The notes below the pieces were generated by a model. That model was not told the origin of the DNA. It searched no databases and worked only from the letters and a program-made list of their open reading frames with translations. Source: Octopus sinensis (lineage: Eukaryota). Taken from it: a stretch of DNA of 64,000 bases. Location of the stretch: contig NC_043018.1 in assembly GCF_006345805.1 (NCBI RefSeq), positions 8,804,001-8,868,000 on the forward strand. Direction: 5' to 3'. The translations under genes and the position numbers were made by a program. Shown here in pieces: positions 13,498 through 27,609 of this stretch (the stretch's first letter is position 1; each line of letters opens with the position of its first letter).

Positions 13498-14576
13498 CAT
13501 CATCATCATCATCATTTAGCATCCGTTTTCCATGCTAGCATGGGTTGGACGGTTTAACTGGGGTCTGGGGAGCCCGAAGGCTGCATATATATATGTATAA
13601 TAACCAATTCGTGAAGCTATAACCGAAGCAGTTTGTTTTTTTGTTTGTTTGTTTTTTTGTTTAGTTGTGCATCATGGTGCATTTTAGGTCATGTAGGTGC
13701 ATGTGTTCTCATGCAAAAAGCAAATACCAGTTTTTTTTCAAATTTAATGAATGGCAGTAAAATAAATTAAAAAGTAAAAAAAAAAAACATTAAAAAGAAG
13801 AATGGGAAACAACAACAAAAACACACTGTGTGTGTGTGTGTGTGTATGTGTGTGTGTGTTGTGTGTGTGTGTGTGTGATGTTTATTGTTTTAAAGTTTTT
13901 AAAATTCAAAATCAAGTTTCAGGCTCAAGCAATCTGAATGAAGTTGCTCTCGCAAATTCTTTGTTCTGATATTATTCTGACATGAAATGACGATAATGGT
14001 TTGTTGCAAAACAAACTGCACAAGGCCACCCAGTTGGGGAGTGGGGACGTGTGGTATGTGGAATGGTAGCGGTGGCGGTGGTGGTGGTGGTGGTGGTGGT
14101 GGAGCTGGAGTGTTGTTAATTAAAGCAACGGTCCACTTATTTGACTTGTACATATTTCACTGACGCCAGAAGGGTTAAGCAGTGAAAGCCAAAATAAACC
14201 TTGGTATGTTTGGAATTCAGAACTTAGAAGGACACTATTTGATATGGCGTAGCAAGTGCCCCAGGGGTAGGGGAGCAAACTGCTATTTATGCCCCACTTT
14301 CCTTACCTTAATTATCTGGTACCAAAAAACTGAATAAATCTTTTGCCCTTTCCCACTGGCACCCATTGGGATGAAGGCCACAACTTCTCCTTGAGTCCCC
14401 TTCAGCTCCGTTTCTGACATTGCCATACACCCCAAGACAAAATTATTCACAAAGTTGATATCAGATGAATTTGAACTCAAAACATGGAGGAACATCACTA
14501 AAGAACCACAAAGTGTTTTTTCCAGCACTCTACTGATTCTACCACTCAACCATTTTCCTTCTAGAAGTAAAAAATG

Positions 14577-14808
14577 TATTTCTTTACTACCCACAAGGGG
14601 CTAAACACAGAGTGGACAAACAAGGACAGACAAACGGATTAAGTCGATTACATCAACCCCAGTGCATAACTGGTACTTAATTTATTGACCCCGAAAGGAT
14701 GAAAGGCAAAGTCGACCTCGGCGGAATTTGAACCCAGAACATAATGGCAGACGAAATACGGATACGCATTTCGCCCGGCGTGCTAACGTTTCTGCCAATT
14801 TGCCGCCT
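14577..14808 (-). mobile_element. Family A SINE
   Basis: Reverse complement of the 4780 head plus one unit. Confidence 0.85.
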
Positions 14809-15329
14809 CTAGAAGTAAAAAATGGATTCCCCACTGGTTTCAACGAATGAATCTTCTAGATATCTGATCAACCACATTACCTAGTCAGTAAATTATCATG
14901 TTAGTGACTGAGTATTCCTCAGGCCCATGTACCCTTAATGTAATTTTCGGGTATATTCAGCATAACATGGAATGTAACAAAGCTGGTTCTTTGAATTATA
15001 GGTATAATCTACGCATTAAGCTTCAGTACAGTTTCCATATACCCAATTTCACTTACAAGGCTTGGCTTGACCTTTTGTCATAATAAACAACATGTCCCTG
15101 AGATGCCATGCTGTGGGATTGAACCCAGGACCATGTGGTTGTGGAGCAAATTTCTTAACCATTCAGCCACACTGTAATTGTCCTCTTGAAATGAGTTCAT
15201 AAAAACATTCCCTTGTTTATTGACTTCCAGTCACAATTCTTAGCTTTTAACCCCCACCATGACAGCTGGTTGTAAATATGAACAAAACAATGTAGAATGT
15301 CCCACCACTGCAGCAACACTCCATATGTA

Positions 15330-15905
15330 TGGAGTGGTAGTGGTGGTTGTTGTTGTTGTTGTCGTGGTGGTGATGGTGGTTGTGGTGGTGGTGGCTGGTA
15401 GTGGTGTTAAGAGCAGTGGTGATATAGGGTGGTGGTGGGTGGTAGTGGTGTTAGTGGTGGTGGTGGTGGTGGTAGTGGTGGGGGTGGTGGGTGGTACTGG
15501 TGTTGAGAGCAGTGGTGATATAGGGTGGTTGTGGTGGTGGTGGTGGTGGTGGTGAGAATAGTGGTGATATAGGGTGGTGGTGGTGGTAGAGATGGTGCTG
15601 GCTGTGAAGGTGGTGGTGATGCCAGTGGTGGTGATGTTGGTGGCAATGATGGTGGTGGTGGTGGTAGTAGTAGTAGTAGTGGTGGCAGTAGTAGTGATGA
15701 TGATAGTGGTGGTGGTGGTGGTGATGATGGTGAAAGCGAGGGTGCTAATGGTGGTGGTAGCATGTGGGCTGGCAGTGGTGTTGGTAATGCTGTCTTTGGT
15801 ATTGATGGTTGTGGTGATGATGGTGATGGTGGTGTTGATAGTTTGTGGTTGTGGCAGTAGTGTCAGTGGTGGCATTGGTGGAGATGTTACAAAAGTGATC
15901 ATGGT
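15330..15905. repeat. Degenerate (GGT)n microsatellite
   Basis: Seen directly. Confidence 0.9.
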
Positions 15906-16196
15906 AATATTATAAGGTTATAGAATTTTACAAAACATTATGTAGAAGGGGTGGATAGGGCTAGACAGGGGGTACACTCATAAAATTATGTTTTCTGTGT
16001 ATACAAACAGTCCTTTCATATGGCCCACCTCAAATAGCTGAATGTCATTACACAATCCTTCTACAACAGCTTTGAAAATATGAAAATAAACCACGAAAAA
16101 AAAACTCAGGAAATACCAGGGAAGTTGTTCTGTACACACACACACACACACACACACACCACACACATACATACATACATACATATATATATACAT

Positions 16197-16257
<61 letters not shown>

Positions 16258-16345
16258 ATATATATATAAGCTCTCATATACACATTTATATAAGTATATA
16301 TATATATGTATATATGTATATGTATGTGTGTATATCTATATATAG

Positions 16346-16380
<35 letters not shown>

Positions 16381-16403
16381 CCTACCTACCTATATATATA
16401 TAT

Positions 16404-17482
16404 AGGGAGAATTCACAAAAAAACAAAAGACAAAGACTGGTGGTGTAGACAACAGATGTATTAGTATAACGCTTGGGAAGTGAAAAAGTTTTTAACGTTT
16501 TGAGCCTATGCTCTTCCACAGAAAGGAACACAGAAAGAAACAAGGACAGAAAATAAAGAATGTGTAGTGGCTAGCGATCTATCATGATGAATGTCGGACA
16601 GAAGGGTCATACAGGAGAGCTAGAGAGAAGGGGAAATAATAAAGCAGTGGTGATCCCAAAACGAAGGTGCACATGCATGTGTATAAGAGAGTTTGTATAT
16701 GCGTGTGGAAGAGGGCTGGTGATCTTGACGTGTGCGTGTGTGTATGTGTAGGTGTGAAAATGGGGTCTGGGAAGTGGTCAGTGCTGATGTGAGCATGGTG
16801 GTGTGTGGTATGGTGGTGTGTGGTATAGTGGTGTGGTGTGGTGTGATGGTGTTGGGAGGTGGGGACGTGAGAGTGGGGAAAACAAGTGTGGTGTGTGGGT
16901 TAGGCTGAGGGTGGGAGTAGAAGTGGGGTATGTGGGTAGGTGGAGGGTGAGGGTAGAGGTGGGGTATGTGAGAGTGGATGTAAGGGATGGGGTGGGGTGA
17001 GATTGGGAAGGATGGAAGTGGGGTGGAGTGGGTTTATGAGGGAGGGGTGACGAAGGAGGAGAAAAGAGAGAAAGAAAGTAGGAGTGAAGAGAAGTAGGAG
17101 TCAGAGCAAGAGAGGAGAGATGGGTGGTAGGAAGTAGGTGTGAGGGGGGAGAGAGGCGAGGGGAGGAAAGTTGAGCCCATGTGGTGCAAAGAAGAAAAGT
17201 GAAGATTAATCCCTGTTCATGGAGTCCGATGGCCCCTGTGCAAGGACAATCCAAACACGGACAGGTGTTGCAAAGAGTGACCAGTAGAAGGGAAATGGTG
17301 CAAGACCGGAGTGTCGGATGTCTCAGAGGTGTTCCGTGAACCAGGCAGCCAATTGGCATCCCACTTGCCTGATGTATAGAAAAGGTCAGAGAGCGTAGGA
17401 GATGCAGTAGATGATATTGGTAGAAGTGCAGGTGAAGGAGTTGGTGATGTGAGAGGGTCGATGATGGGTGCTGGTGAGGATG
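16404..17482 (-). mobile_element. Penelope-like element 3' fragment: GIY-YIG pseudogene plus 3' pLTR with hammerhead motif
   Basis: Minus strand ~17480-17160 reads ITNSFTCTSTNIIYCISYAL*PFLYIRQVGCQLAAWFTEHL*DIR (Neptune-like FTC..NIIYCI.C..C..LYIG.T...RF.EH pattern); ends in (TA)n. Confidence 0.8.
16491..16524 (-). ncRNA. Minimal hammerhead-like motif (CUGUGGA variant) in pLTR
   Basis: Minus strand TTT-CTGTGGAA-GAGC atag GCTC-AAAA-CG-TT-AAA. Confidence 0.55.
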
Positions 17483-18084
17483 GTGGTGTTGGATATATAT
17501 ATATATATCTGTATCTATATATATAGTGGTGGTGACTCCGGCACTCAGGCTGTTTGGGCTTAGCCCGAGTATAAATTTAGTAAAGTGAACATGTATTTCC
17601 AAGCTGATTTAATTTCTACCAGCACTGACTTCAAGTATGTAATTGCAGCCAATAACTTGGGCTCCTTTTATTGAGTCTGGTTGCAGTTCATTTATTGTTG
17701 TTAAAAGAAAAGTTTTTTGAAAAGAATATCTGTATAGTGTTCATATACAAGTGGCATTTTCCTTGCTTTTGCCTATCTCTGTCTCTCTTGTGTACTCCTG
17801 TGGGTTCGATATATATATATAATAATATATATATATATATATCAGTGAAAAATTATACTGAAATCAAAATGAAAACTACCCTCTATTCGCATCATCTTGT
17901 CTAGAAATACTGCAATTATATAATAATGTTAAGAATAAGACTTAAATCTTTTGTTTTTCTTTTTTAACCAAACTTTGAATATTGACTCCATTAGTGCATT
18001 AGTGTGTTAGGAAAATAAAACACAGAGACAGTCATGGCTGTGTGATTAAGAAACTTGCTTCCCAACAACATGCTTTCAGATTCA

Positions 18085-18472
18085 TATTTCTTTACTACCC
18101 ACAAGGGGCTACACACAGAGGGGACAAACAAGGACAGACAAATGGATTAAGTTGATTATATCGACCCCAGTGCGTAACTGGCACTTAATTTATCGACCGC
18201 GAAAGGATGAAAGGCAAAGTCAACCTCAACGGAATTTGAACTCAGAACGTAATGGCAGACAAAATACCTATTTCTTTACTACCCACAAAGGGCCAAACAC
18301 AGAGAGGACAAACAAGGACAGACAAATGGATTAAGTCGATTATATCGACCCCAGTGCGTAACTGGTACTTATTTAATCTACCCTGAAAGGATGAAAGGCA
18401 AAGTCGACCTCGGTGGAATTTGAACTCAGAACGTAGTGGCAGACGAAATACCGCTAAGCATTTCACCCAGCA
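18085..18472 (-). mobile_element. Family A SINE, two tandem units, nested in a family B SINE
   Basis: Two units; flanked by repeated ATGCTTTCAGATTCA; family B head at ~18035 resumes at ~18500. Confidence 0.75.
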
Positions 18473-20811
18473 GTATGCTTTCAGATTCATGCTTTCAGAT
18501 TCAGCCCATTGTGTGTCACCTTGGGCAAGTGTCTTCTACTATAGCCCTGGACTAACCAAAGCCTTGTGAGTTGATTTGGCAGATGGAAGCCAAAAGAAAT
18601 CTTTTGTATACATGTATATAGGTATATATAATCCACAGATGAGATCCCGAGATTCTTCATACAGACGACACTTAGTAGTGCTCAAAAGATTCAAACTTTG
18701 ACTTTAGTATGTTTACAGGGGATTGATTCCACAAGGCAAAGAAAGGCTATAAGAGGGATCAAGTTGAGTGGATATAGAGGCAATTGTTAGGTAAGTGCGA
18801 GAGGCTGGATATGGCCAGTTTGAACATAAATCGGTAGAATATTTTGGCCAATTATGGTTGGTTTAAATGCTAACGGGATAAAAAGTAATGAAGAGAAAAT
18901 AGGAGCTAAGTTAATTTGATCTTGACTTTAATTTAAAGTTGATTTTGCTTTCATATATATTATTATAACTACTTCTTTGATATCTCCTGGCAATTTTGGT
19001 AGATTATTTCCTAATTTCCCTTATAAATAAATTATGCTCTATGAAATTTCTTGGAGAGGAATATGGTTGATTGAAATAACTTTGGTATATTAGTGGAACA
19101 CACCTTATAGAAGTCCCAAAAGTATTAAAAAAAAGACCCCATGAACATAGAGCAATAAATATTTCTTTACTGCCTGCAAGGGGCTAAACATAGAGGGGAC
19201 AAACAAGGACAGACAAAGGGATTAAGTCGATTAGATCGACTCCAGTGTGTAACTGGTACTTTATTTATCGACTCCAAAAGGATGAAAGGCAAAGTTGACC
19301 TCGGCGGAATTTGAACTCAGAACGTAACGGCAGACGAAATACGGCTATGCATTTCGCCCGGCATAGGGCAATAAAGCCAAAATAACATGAAGCATTTACT
19401 TTATTATTTTGAAAATTCCACTACCAATTTCCAAGAAATATTCACTCCTGGAATACAAACAAGGCTACAAATTAGGGGAAGAATTAGTTGATTAAATCAA
19501 CTCCATTAACCACAAAAGAATCAAATGATACGAGAATGAGTTGGTCTCAATTCAGAACAGGATAGGGTAACATGTTGCATGATGTTAATTTGTCATTATC
19601 CCAAACATAATGAAGGAAGGGCATTTTTTTTGTTTGCTGGTTTCAGGGAAGGTGGGGGTTGTAATAATTTTTCTAACGCTGACACAAATCTACAAGTTTT
19701 TATTTATTTTTTTTTACTTATATCAGGTTTTGTTTGGTGGAAGCTGTTACACCCATACTCTATACAGGCCCCTGAAAGTAAATTTTGAGAGGGATGGGGT
19801 ATATAAAGTGTAGTGGTTGAGGGTAAGATGATACAACTCTAGAATATATTTGTTATCCTACACACCCATCCTACTCACCACAACCACACTGGATAATGTC
19901 ACAAAGAACTGTTCATTTAGTTCTTGTGATTCTGTCAATTCTTCAGTACTATGACCCAAGAACTCACCGGAATAACAACAACAACAACAATAAATACAAT
20001 CTTAACAACAATCTGAGTAGTTGTTGTTCCTGTACCAAATCTCTCCATGTTGAATTTGTAATTTTTTTTCAAAAAGCGGAAGTCTCATTGGGTAATTCAG
20101 TTTGCTAGAAATAACAGCAAAATCACCCTCAAATCACACACTACCATTAATAAAAAATAGAAAAAGGAAAAACTCATTGGAGAATATAGTCCAAGATACA
20201 CTATGCCTGATCACTACCTACAAAGAGGGAAGTAATAAAACAGGATGGTCCTGATTGGAATGCCTTGTGTCATAGGTTTAATTAATTAAGATAAACAACA
20301 ATGGTTCTAAGGCACCAGTAGATAGAAAACTACAAATTTTGATGTAATTAGTTCTAAATTACGTTGAAAGGTCATTAATTGTTTATTTTAAGAGGGGGTG
20401 CATGTTTACATAGTTAATTATATCACTGGAAGTACTTATTAAGAATAATTTAGTTGTAGAGAAACACCATCATCATCATCATCATCATCATCACACCACC
20501 ATCATCATCACCACCACCACCACCGCCGCCGCCGCCACCACCACCATCATCATCATCATAGTTTTAATGACCACTTTTCCATGCTTGCATGGGTTCAGTG
20601 GAGTTTATTGAGACTGATTTTTTTTTTATGGCCAGATGCCTTTCCTGTTGCCAACCTTCACCTGTTTCTAAGCAAATTATTATCCCCCCCCCCATAACCA
20701 GGCGTGTTGCTATAGTATACTGGAAATGAATGATATTGCTTGTATGACAGCGACAATTATTTTACAACAATCACGTGATGTCAAGACAAGGAGACACAAA
20801 AATACACTTTT

Positions 20812-21276
20812 CCATACTCGTCTGGCCCCCGAGCCGGTGGCACATAAAAAGCACCATCCGATCGTGGCCGTTTGCCAGCCTCGTCTGGCCCCCGAGCCGG
20901 TGGTACGTAAAAAGCACCATCTGATCGTGGCCGTTTGCCAGCCTCGTCTGGCCCCCGAGCTGGTGATACGTAAAAAGCACCATCTGATCGTGGCTGTTTG
21001 CTAGCCTTGTCTGGCCCCCGAGCCGGTGGTACGTAAAAAGCACCATCTGATCATGGCTGTTTGCCAGCCTCGTCTGGCCCCCGAGCCGGTGGTACGTAAA
21101 AAGCACCCACTACACTCACGGAGTGGTTGGCGTTAGGAAGGGCATCCAGCTGTAGAAACATTGCCAGATCAGACTGGAGCCTGGTGCAGCCTTCTGGCTT
21201 CCCAGACCCCGGTCGAACCGTCCAACCCATGCCAGCATGGAAAACGGACGCTAAACGATGATGATGATGATGATGA
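20812..21276 (+). mobile_element. RTE 3'-end fragment with a 63-bp internal minisatellite (~4.6 copies)
   Basis: Units start at 20817, 20880, 20943, 21006, 21069; (GAT)n tail. Confidence 0.85.
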
Positions 21277-21903
21277 CACACACGTGTGTGGCTGTGTGGT
21301 AAAGAAGCTTGCTTTCCAATCATATGGCATTGGGTTCAGTCCCACTAAACTGCATCTTGAGCAAGTGTCTTCAACTCTATAGCACCATGCCAACCAAAGC
21401 CTCATGAGTAGCTCTTGTAAATATAAACTTAAAGAAGCTCATTGTATATATAACCATCATTGTCACCGTGTGCAGGTATATGCATATATAGATGTGCATG
21501 TAGGTATGTACGTATATAGACGTGTGCGTGCGTGCATGCGAGTCTGTGCATATATAGACATATTTTACTCTTATGACTTATTTTTTACACTTTTTTGTGT
21601 ATTTTTGCCTTTAGTCCTGTTTTTTTCTTGTGCATGTGTGTATATAGATGTGTATATGAACCCTTTTTTGTGCACGCATGTGTATGTGTGCAAATTGTGT
21701 GTGCAGGTATGTATATATCTTTTGGCGAATGTGTGGGTGAGCATGTGTGTGTTTCAAGTGAGGGTGGATGAGTATATACACATAGGCGCATGTATGTGCG
21801 TGTGTATATATGGACATGTGTATATATGGACATGTGTGCTTAACACAAAGACTCATATAAAGAATCTTGCAAACCAAATCCAAAAATGAAATATATGTAT
21901 ATA

Positions 21904-23158
21904 TTGGGTTGTCTGGAAAGTTCGTGCCGATTGTTTTAAAGGAAAGAAAAAGGTCAATAAATACTTGCCATTACATTTTTAATCAACTAAATATGAACCA
22001 TTTTGTTGCACAATGCATCTCCATCTTTCCTTTAACTTGAAAATACCCTCTTCCCAGAATTGAGGAGGTTTCATGGCAAAGAATTCATCAAGGTATCTTT
22101 TTACGTCATCCAAGGAATTGAAATTTTCACTATTAAGACTATTCTGCAGAGACCTGAATAAGTAGAAATCCGAAGGAGCAATATCTGGTGAATATGGAGA
22201 GTGGGGTAACACATCCCAGCCGAGCTGCAGCAATTTTTGTCTGGTTCCCAAAGCATCAAATGCTGAAAATGAACTTTCTTATCTTCCATTTTAAAGGGTT
22301 ACAGAATTAACACAGGTTTACTCCCTCCACAACACTGATATCAAGAAATCCTCTTGCGAGCGTGACCTAGGCATCAGTGATTTGCGTTGGACAAAGCATA
22401 TCTCTAAAATTGTCAAGAAGGCCGAGGGTGTCTTGGCATCACTCAGCAAGACTTTTGTTAGCCGCTCTCCAGCCATCTATTTAAAACTGTATACAGCTAT
22501 GGTACGACCACACTTGGAATTCGCATCATCAGTTTGGAACCCCTATCTTGCTCAGAACATTGACCTCCTGGAATCTGTTCAGAGATGGCAACCAACGCAT
22601 ACCCTCCATCAGACACCTACCATATTCTGAGCGCCTTGTTTCCCTGGGCATGGATTCACTGAAGCTCTGGCGTCTGGCGTCTGGCGTCTGGCGACTTGGT
22701 AAACACCCACAAAGTTGTCAACCACCTCACCAATAACAACAACTGAACACCTTTTTGATCTCCATGTGTCTAACACACGTGGACATGCCTACAAAGTCAG
22801 AAAACAACACAGCTCCCATGACTTTCGGAAACATTTCTTCACACTCAGAGTTGCTGAAGCATGGAATAAACTGCCTGCGTCAGTTGTTGACTGCCATGAC
22901 ACTGCATCCTTTAAGGCCCTCATGCTTTCCGAAATCCGTCGAAACTACACCTGATTATATATACACTTTCGATGAGTTGTAGTGCACCTGAGCACTGTAC
23001 ACAATGTTTATTATTATTATTATTTAAACCTTCTTCCACGAAAAGATAGCTTAAAATGTGCTCCAAATAGAGGTGTAGTCAAATCCTATTTTATGGACTC
23101 AACCATAAGTCGAAAGATAAGCTACTATAAATCGGCACGAACTTTCTGGACAACCAAT
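21904..23158 (-). mobile_element. Internally deleted mariner, interrupted by a CR1 fragment
   Basis: TIRs TTGGGTTGTCTGGAAAGTTCGTGCCGATT / AATCGGCACGAACTTTCTGGACAACCAA, TA flanks; N-terminal MEDKKVHFQHLMLW fused to C-terminal LPHSPYSPDIAPSDFYLFRSLQN. Confidence 0.92.
22321..23022 (+). mobile_element. 5'-truncated CR1-clade LINE
   Basis: ERDLGI, KLYTAMVRPHLEFASSVWNPY, TRGHAYK..RKHFFTLRVAEAWNKLP; (TTA)n tail. Confidence 0.9.
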
Positions 23159-23175
23159 ATATATATATATATTTT

Positions 23176-23697
23176 CATCATCATCATCATCGTCGTTTAA
23201 CGTCCGTTCTCCATGCTAGCATGGTTGACGGTTTCGACCGGGGTTCTGGGAAGCCAGAAGGCTGCACCAGGCTCCAGTCTAATTTGGCAATGTTTCTACA
23301 GCTGGATGCCCTTCCTAACGCCAACCACTCCCGAGTGTAGTGGGTGCTTTTTACGTGCCACCTGCACAGGTGCCAGGCGGGGCTGGCAACGGCCACGGTC
23401 AGATTGGTGTATTTTATGTGCCACCGGCACGGAAGCCGTCGAGGCGGTGCTGGCATCGGCCACGAGTCGGATAGTGCTTTTTACGTACCACCAGACCAGG
23501 GATCCTGGCTGGTTCAATTCGATTTCGATGTCGCTTGCCCCAACATGTCTTCACAAGCAAAGGGGGTTGGCAAGGGTGCCTGTCGTACGGTCGCATTGGA
23601 GATTTTACGTTTATTACGTGCCACGGCCACGAGTCGGATAGTGCTTTTTACGTACCACCAGACCAGGGATCCTGGCTGGTTCAATTCGATTTCGATT
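23176..23697 (-). mobile_element. RTE 3'-end fragment with internal duplication
   Basis: RTE tail; ~70-bp block at 23457-23529 recurs at 23625-23697. Confidence 0.8.
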
Positions 23698-23989
23698 TAT
23701 ATATATATATATACACACACACATACATGCATACATATGTGTATGTGTGTGCATGTATCTTTATTTATTTATGTGACAAGCTCCTTTCAGTGCCTGTCTT
23801 CCAAATTCACTTACAAGACATTCATCAACCCAAGGCATCCATCAGCCTGATTATAGTAGGAGACACTCACCCAAAGGGCCACACAGTGGAAGTGAACCTG
23901 AAACGATGTGGTTGGGAAGGAAATGTCTTTACCACAGGCCACACTTGTGTGTCTGAAAAATACATAAACACTGTTTCAAAAATATATAT

Positions 23990-24210
23990 ACTCTTTACTC
24001 TCTTTTACTTGTTTCAGTCATTTGACTGCGGCCATGCTGGAGCACAGCCGTTAGTCGAGCAAATCGACCCGGGGACTTATTCTTTGTAAGCCCAGTACTT
24101 ACTCTATCAGTCTCTTTTGCCGAATCGCTAAGTGACGGGGACATAAACACACCAGCATCGGTTGTCAAGCAATGCTAGAGAGACAAACACAGACACACAA
24201 ATACACACAC

Positions 24211-24248
<38 letters not shown>

Positions 24249-24385
24249 TACGACAGGCTTCTTTCAGTTTCCGTCTACCAAATCCATTCACAAGGCTTTG
24301 GGGTTATAGCAGACGACACTTGCCCAAGATGCCACCCAGAACCATGTGGTTGGTAAGCAAGCTACTTACCACACAGCCACTCCTA
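23990..24385 (-). mobile_element. tRNA-derived SINE (family B) with internal microsatellite
   Basis: Head GGAGTGGCTGTGTGGTAAG, tail GACTGAAACAAGTAAAAGAG on the minus strand; other copies near 25178, 29905, 38750, 50170, 51290, 61035, 61828. Confidence 0.85.
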
Positions 24386-24985
24386 TATAGAAGAAAAAAA
24401 AAAAAAACAATTTGTGGGGATGATCATAAATGAAATAAATACTTGTTTTGATCTCACAGATCTGTCTGCCCAATTATAAGCAACAAAGGGTTAAGCAAGA
24501 AAACCAACAACAAAAAAGGAAAAACCCAGCTACAGACAACCTCACATAGTTTTAGCACTGGAGCAAGTTCCAGACATTTTTTTAGTGCTTACTCAATTGG
24601 GTACAAAAAATAAAAACTTTATTTTCTTATTTTTATATCGTTTCTACCGGCGGGGTAGGGGGGGTGGGGGGAATTATATCATATATTTTTTTCTTTTTTA
24701 AATAGAGATTGATGGTGGATTATATGTCTATTAGAGATGATTCATATCCACGCGAGAGCATTCCCCCCACACTTGTGTCAGATTAAAACAAACTGTATTT
24801 GCTCTATAAACAGATAGAGACGGTATTAGCTTTCATTCATAATAATATTCCTGTTCAAGAAATATTACTTATGTGTTTTTTTCGTTTTGTTTGTTATTTA
24901 AATTGCGATAGAGAATACAAGATGATGAAAATGAGTGCATGCGTATGTGTAAGTATATGTTAAATATATACATATATATGTATAT

Positions 24986-25126
<141 letters not shown>

Positions 25127-25177
25127 GTATATATATATATATATATATCTGTATATATATATATTTATATATATATA

Positions 25178-25530
25178 TACTCTCTTTTACTCTTTTACTT
25201 GTTTCAGTCATTTGACTGTGGCCATGCTGGAGCACCACCTTTAGTCGAGCAAATCGACCCCCAGGACTTATTCTTTGTAAGGCTAGTACTTATTCTATCG
25301 GTCTCTTTTGCCGAACCACTAAGTTACGGGGACATAAACACACCAGCATCGGTTGTCAAGCGATGTCAGGAGGACAAACACAGACACTCAAACACATACA
25401 CACACATACATATATATATCTTTCAGTTTCCGTCTATCAAATCCACTCACAAGGCTTTGGTCGGCCCGAGGCTATAGCAGAAGACACTTGCTCAAGATGC
25501 CACGTAGTGGGACTGAACCCTGAACCATGG
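25178..25530 (-). mobile_element. Family B SINE
   Basis: Matches 23990-24385. Confidence 0.85.
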
Positions 25531-25604
25531 TGTATATATATATATACATACATATATATATATATATATAAATATATAATATATATATATATATATAAAT
25601 AAAT

Positions 25605-26040
25605 AAACCTGCAATGTTATTTGGTAGTGAAACATGGGCTACAACAAAGAGAGAAGAGCAGAGACTGGTAACGGCTCAAAGGGCCATGGAAAGGTCAATG
25701 CTTGGTATCTCATTGAGAGAGCACATCAGTAGCAAGATCATCAGAAAGAAGTCCGGCGAGGGATGTCATCGCAGAATATACAAGCAGCAAGTTTAGATGG
25801 GCTGGACATGTCACCCGGCTCACCGATAATCGGTGGACCCGCACAGTCGTCGAGTGGTACCCACGCGAGCGGAAACGACCACCTGGAAGGCCTCCACGAT
25901 GGTGGAGTTACGATTTCGGGAGGATGATTGGGATCACGTGGATGAGAAAGGCGCGATCCAGAGAGGAGTGGACAGCATGCTGTGACAAGCGGTGTCAAAT
26001 GGACGCCCGACTGACTGGTCGGTCAAGGTGATCATGGTGA
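25605..26040 (+). mobile_element. 3' fragment of a second RTE family
   Basis: PAMLFGSETWATTKREEQRLVTAQRAMERSMLGISLREHI; ..FRWAGHVTR..W....EWYPRERKRPPGRPPRWW. Confidence 0.85.
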
Positions 26041-26244
26041 TATATGCTATAATTTATAGAGCAAACAGTAAATGGTTGTCATTATTAGTACTCAGAGTTT
26101 CGATTGTCAGAGCAAAGCAAATTTATATGGAAAGAAGAGGTGTATTTCCATGAAGGAAATTTCTAATTGTTTCAAAAAAATTTTTTTACATACATACAAA
26201 ACTAATTTCAACCATTTTTTGTTTATCAATGGTATAAACATATA

Positions 26245-26700
26245 TTATGTATGTATGTATGTATGTATGTATGTATGTATGTATGTATGTATGTATGTAT
26301 GTATGTATGTATGTATGTATGTATGTATGTATGTATGTATGTATGTATGTATGTATGTATGTATGGATGTATGTATGTATGTATGTATGTATGTATGTAT
26401 GTATGTATGTATGTATGTATGTATGTATGTATGTATGTAGTATGTATGTATGTATGTATGTATGTATGTATGTATGTATGTATGTATGTATGTATGTATG
26501 TATGTATGATGTATGTATGTATGTATGTATGTATGTATGTATGTATGATGTATGTATGTATGTATGTATGTATGTATGTAGTATGTTGTATGTATGTATG
26601 ATGTATGTATGTATGTATGTATGTATTATGTAATGTAGGTATGTATGTATGTATGTATGTAGTATGTATGTATGTATGTATGTATGTATGTATGTATTTG

Positions 26701-26732
<32 letters not shown>

Positions 26733-26867
26733 TGTATGTATGTATGTATGTATGTATGTATGTATGTATGTATGTATGTATGTATGTATGTATGTATGTA
26801 TGTATGTATGTATGTATGTATGTATGTATGTATGTATGTATGTATGTATGTAGTATGTATGTATGTA
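26245..26867. repeat. (TATG)n microsatellite, ~620 bp
   Basis: Seen directly. Confidence 0.97.
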
Positions 26868-26869
26868 TC

Positions 26870-27150
26870 CTAGAAAGTTACCTTCCTAGATACAAGTCCG
26901 GGCAAGGTTGTTTATGGAAGACCAGCAGTCGCCCATGCATACCGGCCTCTCCTCTCCACGCCACCAGTGTTATCCAACAAAGGTCGATACAGCTCGGCAC
27001 CAGTGACGTCGCAACTCATTTCTGCAGCTGAGTGAACTGGAGCAACGTGAAATAAAGTGCCTTGCTCGAGAACACAACACGCAGCCCGGTCCGGGATTCG
27101 AGCTCACAACCTCACGATCGTAAGCTCGACGCTCTAACCACTGAGCCATG
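26870..27150 (-). mobile_element. tRNA-derived SINE (family C); older copy near 39270-39580
   Basis: Minus strand TGGCTCAGTGGTTAGAGCG...GAGCTCGAATCCC. Confidence 0.8.
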
Positions 27151-27278
27151 TATGTATGTATGTATACATCAATATATATATATGTATGTATACATCTATA
27201 TCTATGTCTGTATCTATACCTATCTATCTATTTATATATATAGATGTATATATAAATATAAATGCCTGTGTGTATGTG

Positions 27279-27320
<42 letters not shown>

Positions 27321-27609
27321 TTGTGTGTATAGATATATATATGTATATGATATTGCATCCTCCTCCTCATCATCATTATTTAAAGCTATTTCCCCTTTCC
27401 AATGGTTCCTGTATACACAATGTCTGTTTCAGCACCCAGCCATGCCCATCACTATGAGGGTTATTTTGCTGTGTTTTTCTTTAATTTCTTTGTGTTGTTT
27501 TTAGCAAAGAGCTTTATGAAAATATTATTTTCTAATTAACATATGTAGAGGAAGAGAACGTGGAAACTTGTGTATTCTTACAAACACATTTACACACTCC
27601 TACACGTCT

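Noticed and set aside
16778-17602. 274-aa ORF as a gene
   Set aside because: Off-frame reading of a PLE pseudogene and low-complexity sequence
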